A stretch of DNA of 64,000 bases from Ostreococcus lucimarinus. Lineage: Eukaryota. The DNA is taken from assembly GCA_000092065.1 (NCBI GenBank), contig CP000600.1, one strand, 5' to 3'. Under the pieces are notes generated by a model, which was given only the letters and a program-made list of their open reading frames with translations, was not told the DNA's origin and did no database searches. Within the stretch, counting starts at the first letter, position 1; the number at the start of each line of letters is the position of its first letter. Positions 1 through 10,376 of this stretch are shown here, in pieces. A program made the translations under genes and the position numbers.

Positions 1-1766
1 GACGAAGACGACGAAGAGTACGCTATAAATCGTGTACACCTTGTGTCCCCAAACCGAAGCGAAAATGTAGAACAACTCGATGTAAATAGCGCTGAATGGC
101 AAGAAGCTCGCGATGCACATCTGCGGAATCGTCGCGCGGTACCATGGCAGCGCTGGGATGTCGCGCGGATACTTCGTTGTTCGCACCGGCGCGTTGAACT
201 CTGCCTTGGCGTTTTTACCGGCTATGCCTCCGACGATGGTGAGAGGAATGGTGACGATGGCCCAAAGCAAGACGATGAGTACGATGGTACCGAAAGGTAA
301 CGCCGCCGTGCTCCTGTACGCGATGGCGACGGTGTTCAAAAACGAGAACAACACGCCGAGCGGGCCGCAAAACAAGACGCACGTCAACAGCACGTTTCGC
401 ACCCAGTTTTCACCACCCATTTGTCTGTACGTATTCGCCGAGACGTAGCCTGCGATGCCTGCGGTGAGCGAGTACATGATCAAACATGCCGCGGTGACTG
501 CACCCATGCTGTACGGGTAAAACGCGCCAACGAGGGCCAACATGAAGACGAAGATGACGAGAAAGAAGAGTTGCGTTCCAGTGCCTATTATGGCGGCGAA
601 CAGCGACCTGCCCCGCGGGAATCGGAACACATCGCCGTGCACATACTTCCAACCGGACTCTTCTTGAGACTCCAACATTTCTTCGTCTCGCGCAAACTTG
701 ACAAAGTCATTCTTCAACACTCTCAACAAAATTGACGCTAAGAAGCCCATCATCAAAATAACCGTCACGCACGAGTTGATGATGCTAAACCAATGAATCT
801 CCAGGTGCTCGGGTAAGAAAGAATACCGCGAGTACTTATCCATTCTATCCTTAAACGCCGTCGTCGTCGGTTTCCAATGCACGCTATAAGAAAACCGCAT
901 CGACATCGCCTCGTCCGCCGTGATATCTACCGTCTTCAATGGATCCGTACTCAAGTTGATCTCAATCACTCGATCTTCGTTGTACGAAATCTCAAAGTGC
1001 ACGTGCGTGAACAAGAAATACCTGTTCTCTGCCGCCGCCCCCCCGCGCATGATCTTCTCCACTTTCCCGATGAAGCCCCAAATCGGCAAGTCGTCGAACG
1101 ACATTTGAAAGTAGTAGTCATTCTTCACCGCCCGGCGAAACTTCTCCACCTCTTTCCGCTCTAAAAACTGCGTGCACAAGTCCACATTCTCCTTATCGAT
1201 GCCAAATTCTATCTCATAAGGAGACTTGGCGAGCCTATCCCCACCCAGTACTTCACCCAAATCCGTTCGCTCGCGCTTGACGCCTTCGGGCGAGCGACAA
1301 AACGGGAAATCGTAATACTGATATGTCTGCGCGAACGAGCCGGGCGCGACGAGCGAATTCGAGTCAGTCTTAACGTTCGCATCCGCATCTCCCTCGACGC
1401 GCGTTCGCGCGCATTCACAAGACATTTCGACCGCGTCGTCGCGTTTGGATTAATCAATTCGCCGCGCGCGCGCGTTCGATTTTTCCACTACGACGTCGAC
1501 GCGCGAAACCGCGCACGCACCTCACTCGGATTGTGAAAAGGTCCAACCTTGTTCGCGAACAGCGCGATGTCGTCGCCGCGATCGTATTTCGAGCCCGCGA
1601 GGAGCGAACGACCGATGGAGTTCGAAGTCGATCCTCGTTGAAGATCTTCCGCGCGCGCGCTCGACGCGCGCGTACACAGCACCGCACACGACGCGAGCAC
1701 CACACACGACTCGAGGAACGCGCGTTTACGCGTTGGACGCGCGCGGGGGCGAGTTCGCGCGGTCAT
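1..1766 (-). CDS. TM9SF: Transmembrane 9 superfamily (nonaspanin/EMP70) protein; 2 exons (1521..1766 and <1..1326), C-terminus runs off window start
   Basis: Own translation of minus strand. Exon 1 encodes a signal peptide plus 'LFANKVGPFHNPSE'. It is followed by donor GTGCGT (intron 1327..1520, 194 nt, acceptor CAG). Exon 2 continues 'TYQYYDFPFC...DYYFQMSFDDLPIWGFIGK...' through nine predicted TM helices with no stop before position 1. These motifs are diagnostic of TM9SF. The first ATG is at 1766; the ORF-track M at 1772 is GTG. Confidence 0.85.
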
Positions 1767-1877
1767 GACCACCGCTCGCGCGTGGGTGTGTGCGGCGCGG
1801 CGCGGCGAGCGCGGCGGTTGGACCGCGAGCGGTTTCTCGTTTCGTTCATTTCACGGCGTCGGTTTATCTAAGGTTAG

Positions 1878-3893
1878 CTAGACGATTCGCTGGACGCTAC
1901 CAAATTGTCCGCGAGCTTTTGCAAGCGCGGCAGTGTACGCCTCGTTCGCCGTCTTCCAATCGCTCTTGTACTTGGCTTTGCGTTCTGGATCGAGCGAGGC
2001 CCACCGCTCGCCGAGCGCCTTGCCGACTTCGCGGAAGTTAAAGGTTGGATTTTCCGCCTTGACTGACGGGCGTTCGTCCGTCGCGAACGCTAAGAAGGCA
2101 GTGAGCGGCTTTTTCATTCCTGGAACTTCCACCTTGGGTTCCGGCGCCTTCTTTGCCTTTGGATCTTTAGCTTCCTTCTTCGCCTCTGGCTCCTTCGAGC
2201 ATCGATCTGCACACCGCTGTGAGGCAGTGCTGAGATCTCGCGCCGCCGAGAGCGCTTCGCTGAGATCGTGCGCCAAGTCGACTTTGATTTTTTCAACCAA
2301 GTTTTCGACCGATTTGTCCGTCAACTCGCGGCTTTCCTTGAGCGTACGATTTTCGGTTTCGAGAAGCTTGACGTTGAGACGCTCTTGTAGAAGTTTCTTT
2401 TTCGTGGCTTCGAGTTGCTTCAATGTCTCAACTCTGAACGTCTCATTCGTTGCTCGGGCTGCGATGAAAGCGGCGCGGTATCGAGTCGCCTCTAGTTGGA
2501 ATGCTTTAGGACATCCAGTATTCGGTTCAGAGTTGCGCTTTTCCGACCGTAAACTACACTGTTCGATGTCTTCATTGGCGTCGCGGAGCTTGTTCATCAA
2601 CACGGCAATCGTTTCATCCTTCGCGCTCAAACACTTGTTTCGTAGAGCGAGCTCAGTCGTAGATGCCTGGAGTTCACTTTGCGTGCGCTCTAATGCCATC
2701 TTTAGCGACGGGATTTCTCTCATTTTCCGCGCCGCATCGACTCTAAACTCCTCCACTTCCCTCCTGAGTTGCTCGGACGTGGATTTGAGTGACTTGGACA
2801 TTTCAGAAATTGATTTGTTCTCCACAGTCAAGCGCTTCACCTCGTCTCGCAGCTCGGCGTCTGAGCACGATGCGAGCTCCTTTTGCAACTCGGCGATTTT
2901 CGACTTCAGTTGCACATTTTCAGTCTCGGCAGAGGAGAGTAACTCCACATCGTAGTTGAGCTTTTCATTCTCGCCTTCTAAAGACGTCTTCTCCGCATCC
3001 AATTTTTCATATCGTTCGAGTGCGTCAACCAAATGACGTTGCAACGAGTCGCAACGTCGTTTCAACTCGTCGCGGTCGGTTAAAAACGATTTTTTCTCTT
3101 CATTAAGCACCACGCACGCGCCATTGTGCGAATGCACGTTCTCCGTCTCCGCTTGAATACGATTGTAATCCTCGCGCAGGCGCTCCACGTTTTTCCGCAG
3201 GGCTGAGATTTGCGCCTCGTACTCGCGCTCTTCGCCATTCGCACGCATCTTCGCGATCGCCTCGGTCTCCTCTCGCGCAGCTTTCTCCTTGCGAATTTCC
3301 GCGCGTAACTGCTGATTGACCGTGCGCAGATGCGCAATCTCTGACGCCCGCGCGTCGGACTCTTTTCGAATCGCCTCGATACGAGATGGAAGCGCCTGAA
3401 AGTCTTCGCGAGAAAAGGCGGTGGGCTCGGATTCGAACGGTGGCGGCAGCGGCGGCGGCGGCGGCGGCGAAACACCCCGCGGCGTCTCAAGAGCCTCCAC
3501 ATTCACCATCTGCTCCGTCCTAGCTTTCTTCGATCGCGACGCCGTATCGACGTTCTCGACGAGACCAGTCTCCTTCGACGTCGTCCGATGCGTCGCCGAC
3601 GTCTCGCCCTCGACTCCTCCGCGCGATCGCGCGTTAATATTTGGTGACGGGTACCCGCGCGTCGACGCCGCCGCGGCGACGCGCGTGACGTCGCCCCTCC
3701 CATGCGGACTCGCGTCGTCGCGCCGAGGCCGAGGCCGCGGCGCGGCGCTCTGCTTCTGTGTCTGTGCGTCTCGTTCCGCTCGTTTCGTCGTCGTGAGGGC
3801 AGGCGCTTCGCACCGGTCGCACGGGTCAGTGGGTTTACGCGTCGGCGCGATGAACAGCCCCCAACGCGCGGGCTTTGACTTTTTACGCGGCAT
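1878..3893 (-). CDS. Long coiled-coil protein with C-terminal HMG-box domain
   Basis: The 671-aa ORF has an ATG start. It contains a long heptad-rich E/K/R/L coiled-coil region. The C-terminus, 'KKPLTAFLAFATDERPSVKAENPTFNFREVGKALGERWASLDPERKAKYKSDWKTANEAY', matches the HMG-box consensus. Confidence 0.6.
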   Translation of the reverse strand: MPRKKSKPARWGLFIAPTRKPTDPCDRCEAPALTTTKRAERDAQTQKQSAAPRPRPRRDDASPHGRGDVTRVAAAASTRGYPSPNINARSRGGVEGETSATHRTTSKETGLVENVDTASRSKKARTEQMVNVEALETPRGVSPPPPPPLPPPFESEPTAFSREDFQALPSRIEAIRKESDARASEIAHLRTVNQQLRAEIRKEKAAREETEAIAKMRANGEEREYEAQISALRKNVERLREDYNRIQAETENVHSHNGACVVLNEEKKSFLTDRDELKRRCDSLQRHLVDALERYEKLDAEKTSLEGENEKLNYDVELLSSAETENVQLKSKIAELQKELASCSDAELRDEVKRLTVENKSISEMSKSLKSTSEQLRREVEEFRVDAARKMREIPSLKMALERTQSELQASTTELALRNKCLSAKDETIAVLMNKLRDANEDIEQCSLRSEKRNSEPNTGCPKAFQLEATRYRAAFIAARATNETFRVETLKQLEATKKKLLQERLNVKLLETENRTLKESRELTDKSVENLVEKIKVDLAHDLSEALSAARDLSTASQRCADRCSKEPEAKKEAKDPKAKKAPEPKVEVPGMKKPLTAFLAFATDERPSVKAENPTFNFREVGKALGERWASLDPERKAKYKSDWKTANEAYTAALAKARGQFGSVQRIV

Positions 3894-3946
3894 GGTTTGA
3901 AGTGCGGTTTGACCGCGACGCGACTGCGACTGCGACGCGCGCGCGT

Positions 3947-4852
3947 TTACAAGCCGAGTTCTATGGCTAAGGCGGTCTTGACTTTTTTCACCGCCTTCGC
4001 GGGCGGCGCGTTCGTTAACGCGGTCGGCGGCGGCGCGGGCGCGGACTTCTTCGCGTCGTCGTCGTCGTCGTCGTCGCTCTCGGTGAGTTTAATTTTCGCC
4101 GTGCGCTGGGTGTGCAAGGTGTCCTTGGTCAACGGCGGCGGCGCGAAAAATCCAAACGTCGCCGCTTTCGCCGGTTCCGCGCTCGTCGACGGCGCCGCGG
4201 TGGGAAACGAAAATAACCCCGCCGGTTTCGTCTTCTCAGCCTTCGCCTCGCGCGCGTCGTCGTCGTCATCCGCCTCGACGGGCGCGCCGCTCAGCCGCGA
4301 AAACACGCTCGATCGACCGGCGTCCGCGTCCTCCCTCTTCGCCCCACCCGTGAGCGCCGCGAACCCTGCGAACGCGTTCGACGTCGTCTTACCACCGTCC
4401 CCGGTTCCACCCAACGGCGATTGTCCCGGTCGCTTCGCCTTGACCACCTTTCGCCTCCCGCCCGACGAGCTCGCCGGCGACTCGCTCGCCTCCCCCGGCT
4501 TCCTCCTCGCCACGTACTCCCGCCCCTGATCCTCGAACGCCCGTCGCTCCCGCTCCCGATCCTTCGCCTCTTCGATCTCTCGCTTCGCCCGCTGCGCCTC
4601 CACCTGCGCTTTCGCCTGTTCGATCATCGCGTTCACGTCGTCCGACGGCGTCGCCGCGCTCGCCGCGAACGGATTCGCGCCCTCGGGCGCCGGCGGCGCC
4701 TTCGCCGCGCGTCCGAAGTAATTCCCCGTCGCCTCGTCGACGTCCGCGTCTTCCTCGTCGTCGTCCTCTTCGTCGCGCGCGTCGTCGCGCGCGTCGTCGA
4801 CCTGCGCGTTCAAACCGACGCCGTCAGTCCAATCGCGCATCGCATCGCGCAT
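3947..4852 (-). CDS. Acidic low-complexity protein with FG-like repeats (FGFF, LFSFP, NAFAGFA); hypothetical
   Basis: The 301-aa ORF starts at an ATG. It has D/E-rich tracts alternating with short F/G/A/P motifs and charged spacers. There is no homology beyond the FG-repeat-like composition. Its stop lies only 53 bp upstream of the HMG gene's ATG. Confidence 0.4.
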   Translation of the reverse strand: MRDAMRDWTDGVGLNAQVDDARDDARDEEDDDEEDADVDEATGNYFGRAAKAPPAPEGANPFAASAATPSDDVNAMIEQAKAQVEAQRAKREIEEAKDRERERRAFEDQGREYVARRKPGEASESPASSSGGRRKVVKAKRPGQSPLGGTGDGGKTTSNAFAGFAALTGGAKREDADAGRSSVFSRLSGAPVEADDDDDAREAKAEKTKPAGLFSFPTAAPSTSAEPAKAATFGFFAPPPLTKDTLHTQRTAKIKLTESDDDDDDDAKKSAPAPPPTALTNAPPAKAVKKVKTALAIELGL

Positions 4853-5024
4853 CGTCCGCGTGCGTCGTCTCGAAGCGCGCGTTCGCGCCCGCGCGCCGCG
4901 ATCGCGCGCACCTCATCCTCCGTCGCGCGCGCGTCCTCGCCGTCGCTCTCGTTCGACATCGCGCGCGCCGCGATCTGCGGCGAACGCGTCGCGATCGATG
5001 CGTCATTCGACGACGCGCGAATCC

Positions 5025-7862
5025 ATGTCGAACCAAGCGTCGCGCGCGCTTCGCGCGCCGGTGGCGCCGTTCGGCGACGCGCCCGCGCCCGCGGGTTACG
5101 TCCCGGGACTCGGTCGCGGCGCCGCGGGGTTCACGACGCGGAGCGACATCGGGCCGGGACAGGTCGCGGCGGCGGGGGACAAGGTGCGGGAACGAAACGA
5201 CGACGACGACGCGACGACGCGACGACGCGACGACGCGACGGAGGCGCGATGCGATGGACGCGCGCGCGGATGATGCCGGCGAACGACTGACGAGGACGGC
5301 GCGCGCGAGTAGGAGCGAGACGAGGACGGCGGGAGAAGCGGCGACGGCGGCGAAGACGGATTGTTCGGCCGGGACGCGTCGACGTACGACGACGACGACG
5401 CGGAGGCGGATGAGATATGGGCGCAGATCGATGAGAGGATGGACTCGAGGCGGAGGGACGCGCGAGAGCGGCGGGAGAGGGAACAGATGGAAAAGTTTAG
5501 GGATGAGAATCCGAAAATCGTGGAGACGTTTCGCGACTTGAAGCGCGGGCTGAAGGACGTGTCGTACGCGGAGTGGGACGCGATTCCGGATATCGGGGAC
5601 TACACGATCAAGAAGAAAAAACTGAACGTGGGGTTCATGCCCGCGCCCGATACGCTGCTGGCCAAGGCGTTGGCGGAGAAGGAGACGGTGAACACGGCGG
5701 CGGACGCGGGCGGCGAGCAAGACTTGACGGCGGTGGGCGAAGGTCGAGGGACGGTTTTGGGGTTGAAGCTCGACCGATTAAGCGATAGCGTCACGGGTCA
5801 AACGACGATCGATCCGAAGGGGTACTTGACCGATTTAGGCTCGCAGAAGATCACGAGCGCGGCGGAGATTTCTGACATTAAAAAGGCGCGTTTGCTGCTC
5901 AAGAGCGTCATCAACACCAACCCCAAGCACGGCCCGGGGTGGATTGCGGCGGCGCGTTTGGAGGAACTCGCGGGTAAATTACAACAAGCGCGAGTGTTCA
6001 TGCAAAAAGGGTGCGAGGAGTGTCCGAAGAACGAAGACGTGTGGATCGAGGCGGCGCGGTTGAACACGCCGGAGAACGCCAAGGCAATTTTAGCGCGCGG
6101 CGTGCAAACGTTGCCGAATTCGGTGAAGATTTGGATGCAAGCGGCGCAATTAGAGATTGAAGATGAGCGTAAGCGGCGCGTGTTGCGGCGAGCGTTGGAG
6201 AACGTGCCGAATTCTGTGCGATTGTGGAAGGCGCTCGTGGACTTGAGCGCCGAGGACGACGCCAAGGTGTTGCTCGCGCGCGCGACGGAATGTTGTCCGC
6301 AGCACGTCGAACTTTGGCTCGCGCTGGCGCGTTTGGAGACCACTGAGAACGGTCGTAAGGTGCTGAACAAGGCACGCGAAACATTACCGCGCGAGCCTCA
6401 GATTTGGATCACCGCGGCGAAGCTCGAGGAGGCGAATGGGAACGAAAAAATGGTGGAGAAAATCATCGCGCGCGCGGTCAAGTCGCTCAAATCGCACGGC
6501 GTCACCATCGATCGCGAGAGTTGGATCAAAGAAGCGGAAATCGCTGAAAAAGCCGAACCACCGTCGATTGCGACGTGTCGGGCGATCGTCAAGGCGACCA
6601 TAGGCGAAGGCGTGGAGGAAGAGGACAAAAAACGCACTTGGAAGGCGGACGCGGAGGAGTGTATGAAGCGCGAGAGCGCCGAGACCGCGCGCGCGATTTA
6701 TGCGCACGCGCTAGATTCAGGATTTTCGCACAAGAAGGGTTTGTGGATGAAAGCGGCGATGTTGGAAAAGCGATTCGGTACGCCTGATTCCGTCGACGCC
6801 GTCTTGCGCAAGGCGGTGACTTTTTGCCCCAACGCTGAAATCTTGTGGCTCATGGGCGCGAAAGAGCGCTGGCTCAGCGGCGACGTCACGCGAGCGCGCG
6901 AGATTTTACAATCAGCCTTCGACGCCAACCCGGACTCGGAAGAGATTTGGCTCGCGGCTTTCAAATTGGAGTTTGAAAACGGCGAAATTGATCGCGCGCG
7001 CATGTTGCTCGCCAAGGCGCGAGAACGTTTGGCCGACTGTGCGCGGGTTTGGATGAAATCTGCGCTTGTCGAGCGCGAGGCGGGTGATGAACAAGCCGAA
7101 CGCAAGCTTCTCGATGAAGGCATCGAAAAGTTTCCGACGTTTTGGAAACTTTGGATGCAACTCGGGCAACTTGAACAGCGCGCCGGGGAGAAGCGCGCCG
7201 AGCAAGTCCGACACGCGTACACGCAAGGCACGAAGAAGTGCCCGAACGCGATTCCGTTATGGATTGCGCTTTCAAGTTTTGAGATGCGCAGTGGGAACGC
7301 GTCCAAGGCGAGAATCATTCTCGAAACCGCGCGCGCGAAGAATCCCTCCAACGAACACTTGTGGCTCGCCGCCGTACGTCAAGAGCGCGAGAGCGGAAAC
7401 ATCCAGCTCGCCGAGAGCACGATCGCGCGTGCACTGCAAGAGTGCCCAACGAGCGGTTTGCTCCTTGCCGAGTCCGTGCGATTTGCGCCTCGCCCGCAAA
7501 GGAAATCGAAATCTGTCGACGCGTTGCGGCGGTGCGACAACGATCCGTACATCATCGCCGCCATCGCCATTTTGTTCTGGGCCGACCGCAAACTCGACAA
7601 AGCCCGAAGCTGGTGGAACCGCGCGGTGACAATAGCACCCGACATTGGTGACCACTGGGCGTCGTATTACAAATTCGAACTCCAAACCGCGGGCGAGCAA
7701 GCCGCCCAAGCCGTCGCCGAGCGTTGCGCGCGGGCCGCTCCTCGCCACGGCGAGAATTGGAGCGCGATGCGCAAGCGCGTGGAGAACTGGCACGATCCCG
7801 TGATTGAAATTTTGAAAAAAGTTGCCGCCGGGCAAGACGAAATGGCGTACGCGACGAAATAG
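5025..7862 (+). CDS. PRP6: Pre-mRNA-processing factor 6 (U5 snRNP 102 kDa, HAT/TPR repeats); 2 exons (5025..5183 and 5313..7862)
   Basis: The 833-aa ORF aligns along its whole length to PRP6 (…[11 protein letters not shown]…, HAT repeats, …FYKFELQ…). The conserved PRP6 N-terminal motif '[21 protein letters not shown]' sits in a separate upstream in-frame ORF beginning ATG at 5025. Donor GTGCGG at 5184 and acceptor TAG|GAG at 5312/5313, with CTGAC 25 nt upstream, give a 129-nt phase-0 intron that removes two in-frame stops. Confidence 0.85.
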
Positions 7863-7945
7863 TATCTTAGCTTGTAATAAGTCGCCACCTTAGCGTCCCG
7901 AACCTCCCGCGCGTCGGCACAACGCCACTCCGCACGCGGCGCCTC

Positions 7946-8503
7946 ATGGCGCCCTCTCCCGCGAGCGCGTTCGATCCCACGAAGCTCGACGTGTTCTTCG
8001 AACAATACGTCGATGAAGACACGCAGCTCCCGCTCATCGCGAGCATAATCGATCGAGAACTCAGCGAACCTTACTCCATCTTCACCTACCGGTACTTCTT
8101 GAACAACTGGCCCGAGCTGTGCTTCATGGCGATCGATTCGTCCTCGCGCGAGTGCGTGGGTGTCATCGTGTGTAAGCTCGAGAAGCACCGGGAGATGATG
8201 CGGGGGTACGTGGGGATGCTGGTGGTGGATAAGCGCGCGCGCAAATTGAAGCTCGGGAGCGAGCTCGTGTCGCGCGCGCTGGCCGTGATGCAAGAAAGAG
8301 GCGCGGATGAGTGCGTGTTAGAGGCAGAGACGACGAACGAGGGGGCGCTGCGGTTGTATCAATCATTAGGATTCATCAGGGATAAGGCGTTGTCGAGGTA
8401 CTACTTGAGCGGGCGCGACGCGTATCGCCTCAAGCTGTTATTCCCGCTGCCACCCGCGGACGAGGTGGACGAGGCGAGCGGCGCGCCGAGCGACGCGAAC
8501 TAG
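7946..8503 (+). CDS. NAA30: N-alpha-acetyltransferase 30 (NatC catalytic subunit, MAK3-like GNAT)
   Basis: The 185-aa ORF starts at an ATG. 'YRYFLNNWPELCFMA', 'GYVGMLVVDKRARKLKLGSELV' and 'LEAETTNEGALRLYQSLGF' match NAA30/MAK3. Confidence 0.8.
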   Translation: MAPSPASAFDPTKLDVFFEQYVDEDTQLPLIASIIDRELSEPYSIFTYRYFLNNWPELCFMAIDSSSRECVGVIVCKLEKHREMMRGYVGMLVVDKRARKLKLGSELVSRALAVMQERGADECVLEAETTNEGALRLYQSLGFIRDKALSRYYLSGRDAYRLKLLFPLPPADEVDEASGAPSDAN

Positions 8504-8654
8504 CGAATTAGCGATGTAATCTAGCTTTATTTTAGCGTCACGGCGATTTGTGAATGGTGTGGAGTGTACTACATCGTACGACGAGCATCTAATATCGCTA
8601 AGGGTTTTCGGCTTTGCCGGGCGGCGAATACGCCGCTCGACGTCTCGCAGAAAA

Positions 8655-9089
8655 TTAACGACGGCCACGTCCAGTGGTCTTCGTGTGTTGCCCTCTGACA
8701 CGAATACCCCAGTAGTGTCGGAGACCTCTGTGGTTACGCATCTTCTTCAAGCGTTCCAAATCGTCGCGCAACTTCGTGTCGAGTTGGTTCGACACCAGCT
8801 GCGAAAACTTGCCATCCTTGAAGTCGTGCTTGCGGTTCAAGAACCAATCCGGAATCCTGAACTGTCGCGGGTTAGACACGATCACCATCAACGATTCCAA
8901 CTCAGCCGCGCTCAGCTCACCGGCGCGCTTCCCGAGATCAATCTCAGCCTTTTTGCACACCAAGTTGGAAAATCGGCGGCCGATACCCTTGATCTTCGTC
9001 AACGAGTACATCACCTTCTCGCGACCGTCCACGTTGGTGTTCAGGACGCGAATGATGTGTTGAAAATCATCTCCAACGATGAGAGACAT
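8655..9089 (-). CDS. RPS18: 40S ribosomal protein S18 (uS13)
   Basis: The 144-aa product, '[40 protein letters not shown]…[22 protein letters not shown]…[24 protein letters not shown]', is near-identical in pattern to eukaryotic S18. The C-terminus is about 8 aa shorter than usual because the expected TVGVSKKK tail is missing. Confidence 0.9.
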   Translation of the reverse strand: MSLIVGDDFQHIIRVLNTNVDGREKVMYSLTKIKGIGRRFSNLVCKKAEIDLGKRAGELSAAELESLMVIVSNPRQFRIPDWFLNRKHDFKDGKFSQLVSNQLDTKLRDDLERLKKMRNHRGLRHYWGIRVRGQHTKTTGRGRR

Positions 9090-9441
9090 GTCGTGCGGCG
9101 TTTACGGCGTCCAAGCGCGCGAAACGGAGGTTACGTTCGACGATGGATGGATCGACGAAAGATGCGACGATCGGTTGTGCGATCGACGTATGTGCGCGCG
9201 ACACGGATCGACCGAGCGTGCGTTCGAGCGGTGCGTGGGACGAAAGGAAAACTTTCTTGCGTTCGCGTGCGCGTGCGGGCGCGACGTGCGTCGGCGCGTC
9301 GGGAAAAGACGGACGCGAGCACACGTGTTAGGGCTTTTGAGGGCAGCGGCGCGCGCGCGAGGTCGGCGTCGATGACGGGGAGTCGCTCGTATTTAAGGGG
9401 TCGCGTTGAATCACAACTCAAAGAATTTTAGGAGAAATGGC

Positions 9442-10308
9442 CTACGGCCCCGGACGCTCGGGCCTCGGGCCGAGTTCGCCGCGAGGATCGGTGACAGTGA
9501 TGTCGCCCTCTCGCGGCTCGTTGTGTAATTTGTTTTGAACCGCGTCAGCTTCGACGCGCTCTTCAAGGGCGGTCAAGAGACGATCGACGACGACGTCGAC
9601 GGGGGCGCCGTCGGCGTCGTCGCGCGCGCCGAGCGGGACGGTGATGTCTGCCTGCTTGTACATCGTTTCGCGCGTTTCTAACAGAGCGTTGATCTTGGCG
9701 ACGATGGAATCGATCGTCGGTTGTTCCTCGCCGCTGGTGTCGCCGGAGAGTAAGGGACGCTTTTCGACGCCGTCGGCGAGGACGCGGCGCGCCAAGAGCT
9801 CGGAGTCGCCGTGCAAGCGCACGGTGACGCCGTTGTGCAGGTGCATCCAATTCGTCTTCTCGCACACGATACCACCGCCCGTAGATATGACGCATCGCTT
9901 GTACGCCGCGACTTCGGCGAGGATCATGCTCTCGATGGCGCGAAATTCGCTCTCGCCCGCCTCGGCGAAGAGCTCGCTCGGCGTCTTCTTTGTCACGCTC
10001 TTGATGAGCTCATCCGTGTCCAAGTGATTGTACCCGAGCGCTTTCGCCAGCGACGCCCCGACGGTGGACTTTCCGGACCCCATGATACCGATTAAGAACA
10101 GCGACGTGTCTGCGAGCTTGTTCGCGACGGTACGACCGCGCAGAAGCTGCGCGGACTCGGACGCCGAAGCCGAGGCCGAGGACGCCCGGCGACTGTCTCG
10201 AGCGCGTCGCGTCGCGATGACGCGGTGCTTGAGCGTTTGCGTCGGTGCGGAACATTGCGTCGACGGCGAAGCGACGGCACGACGAGCCGCGAGCGCGGCA
10301 GACGACAT
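9442..10308 (-). CDS. Shikimate kinase, probably plastid-targeted
   Basis: Walker A motif 'LIGIMGSGKSTVGASLAKALGY', plus 'LDTDELIKS' and 'VISTGGGIV', match shikimate kinase. There is an S/A/R-rich N-terminal presequence. I moved the start to the ATG of 'MSSAALAARR' (10308) from the non-ATG ORF-track start at 10452. Confidence 0.8.
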   Translation of the reverse strand: MSSAALAARRAVASPSTQCSAPTQTLKHRVIATRRARDSRRASSASASASESAQLLRGRTVANKLADTSLFLIGIMGSGKSTVGASLAKALGYNHLDTDELIKSVTKKTPSELFAEAGESEFRAIESMILAEVAAYKRCVISTGGGIVCEKTNWMHLHNGVTVRLHGDSELLARRVLADGVEKRPLLSGDTSGEEQPTIDSIVAKINALLETRETMYKQADITVPLGARDDADGAPVDVVVDRLLTALEERVEADAVQNKLHNEPREGDITVTDPRGELGPRPERPGP

Positions 10309-10376
10309 GATGTCGCGCGTTTGAAAGTGAGGATGAAGATGGGGACAAGGACCTTGAGGTTTTCGGCGCTCGGGGC

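Noticed and set aside
4824-5720. 298-aa minus-strand ORF overlapping the PRP6 5' region, and similar long Arg/Ala/Ser-rich ORFs (4421..5290 +, 3421..3900 +, 1533..1871 +)
   Set aside because: These show typical antisense or off-frame read-through in 65% GC DNA. They are homopolymeric R/A/S/P, with no motifs, and they overlap genes that have strong homology.
8438-8701. 87-aa minus ORF downstream of S18 as a candidate missing S18 3' exon
   Set aside because: Its translation does not contain the expected TVGVSKK tail. It overlaps the NAA30 3' region.
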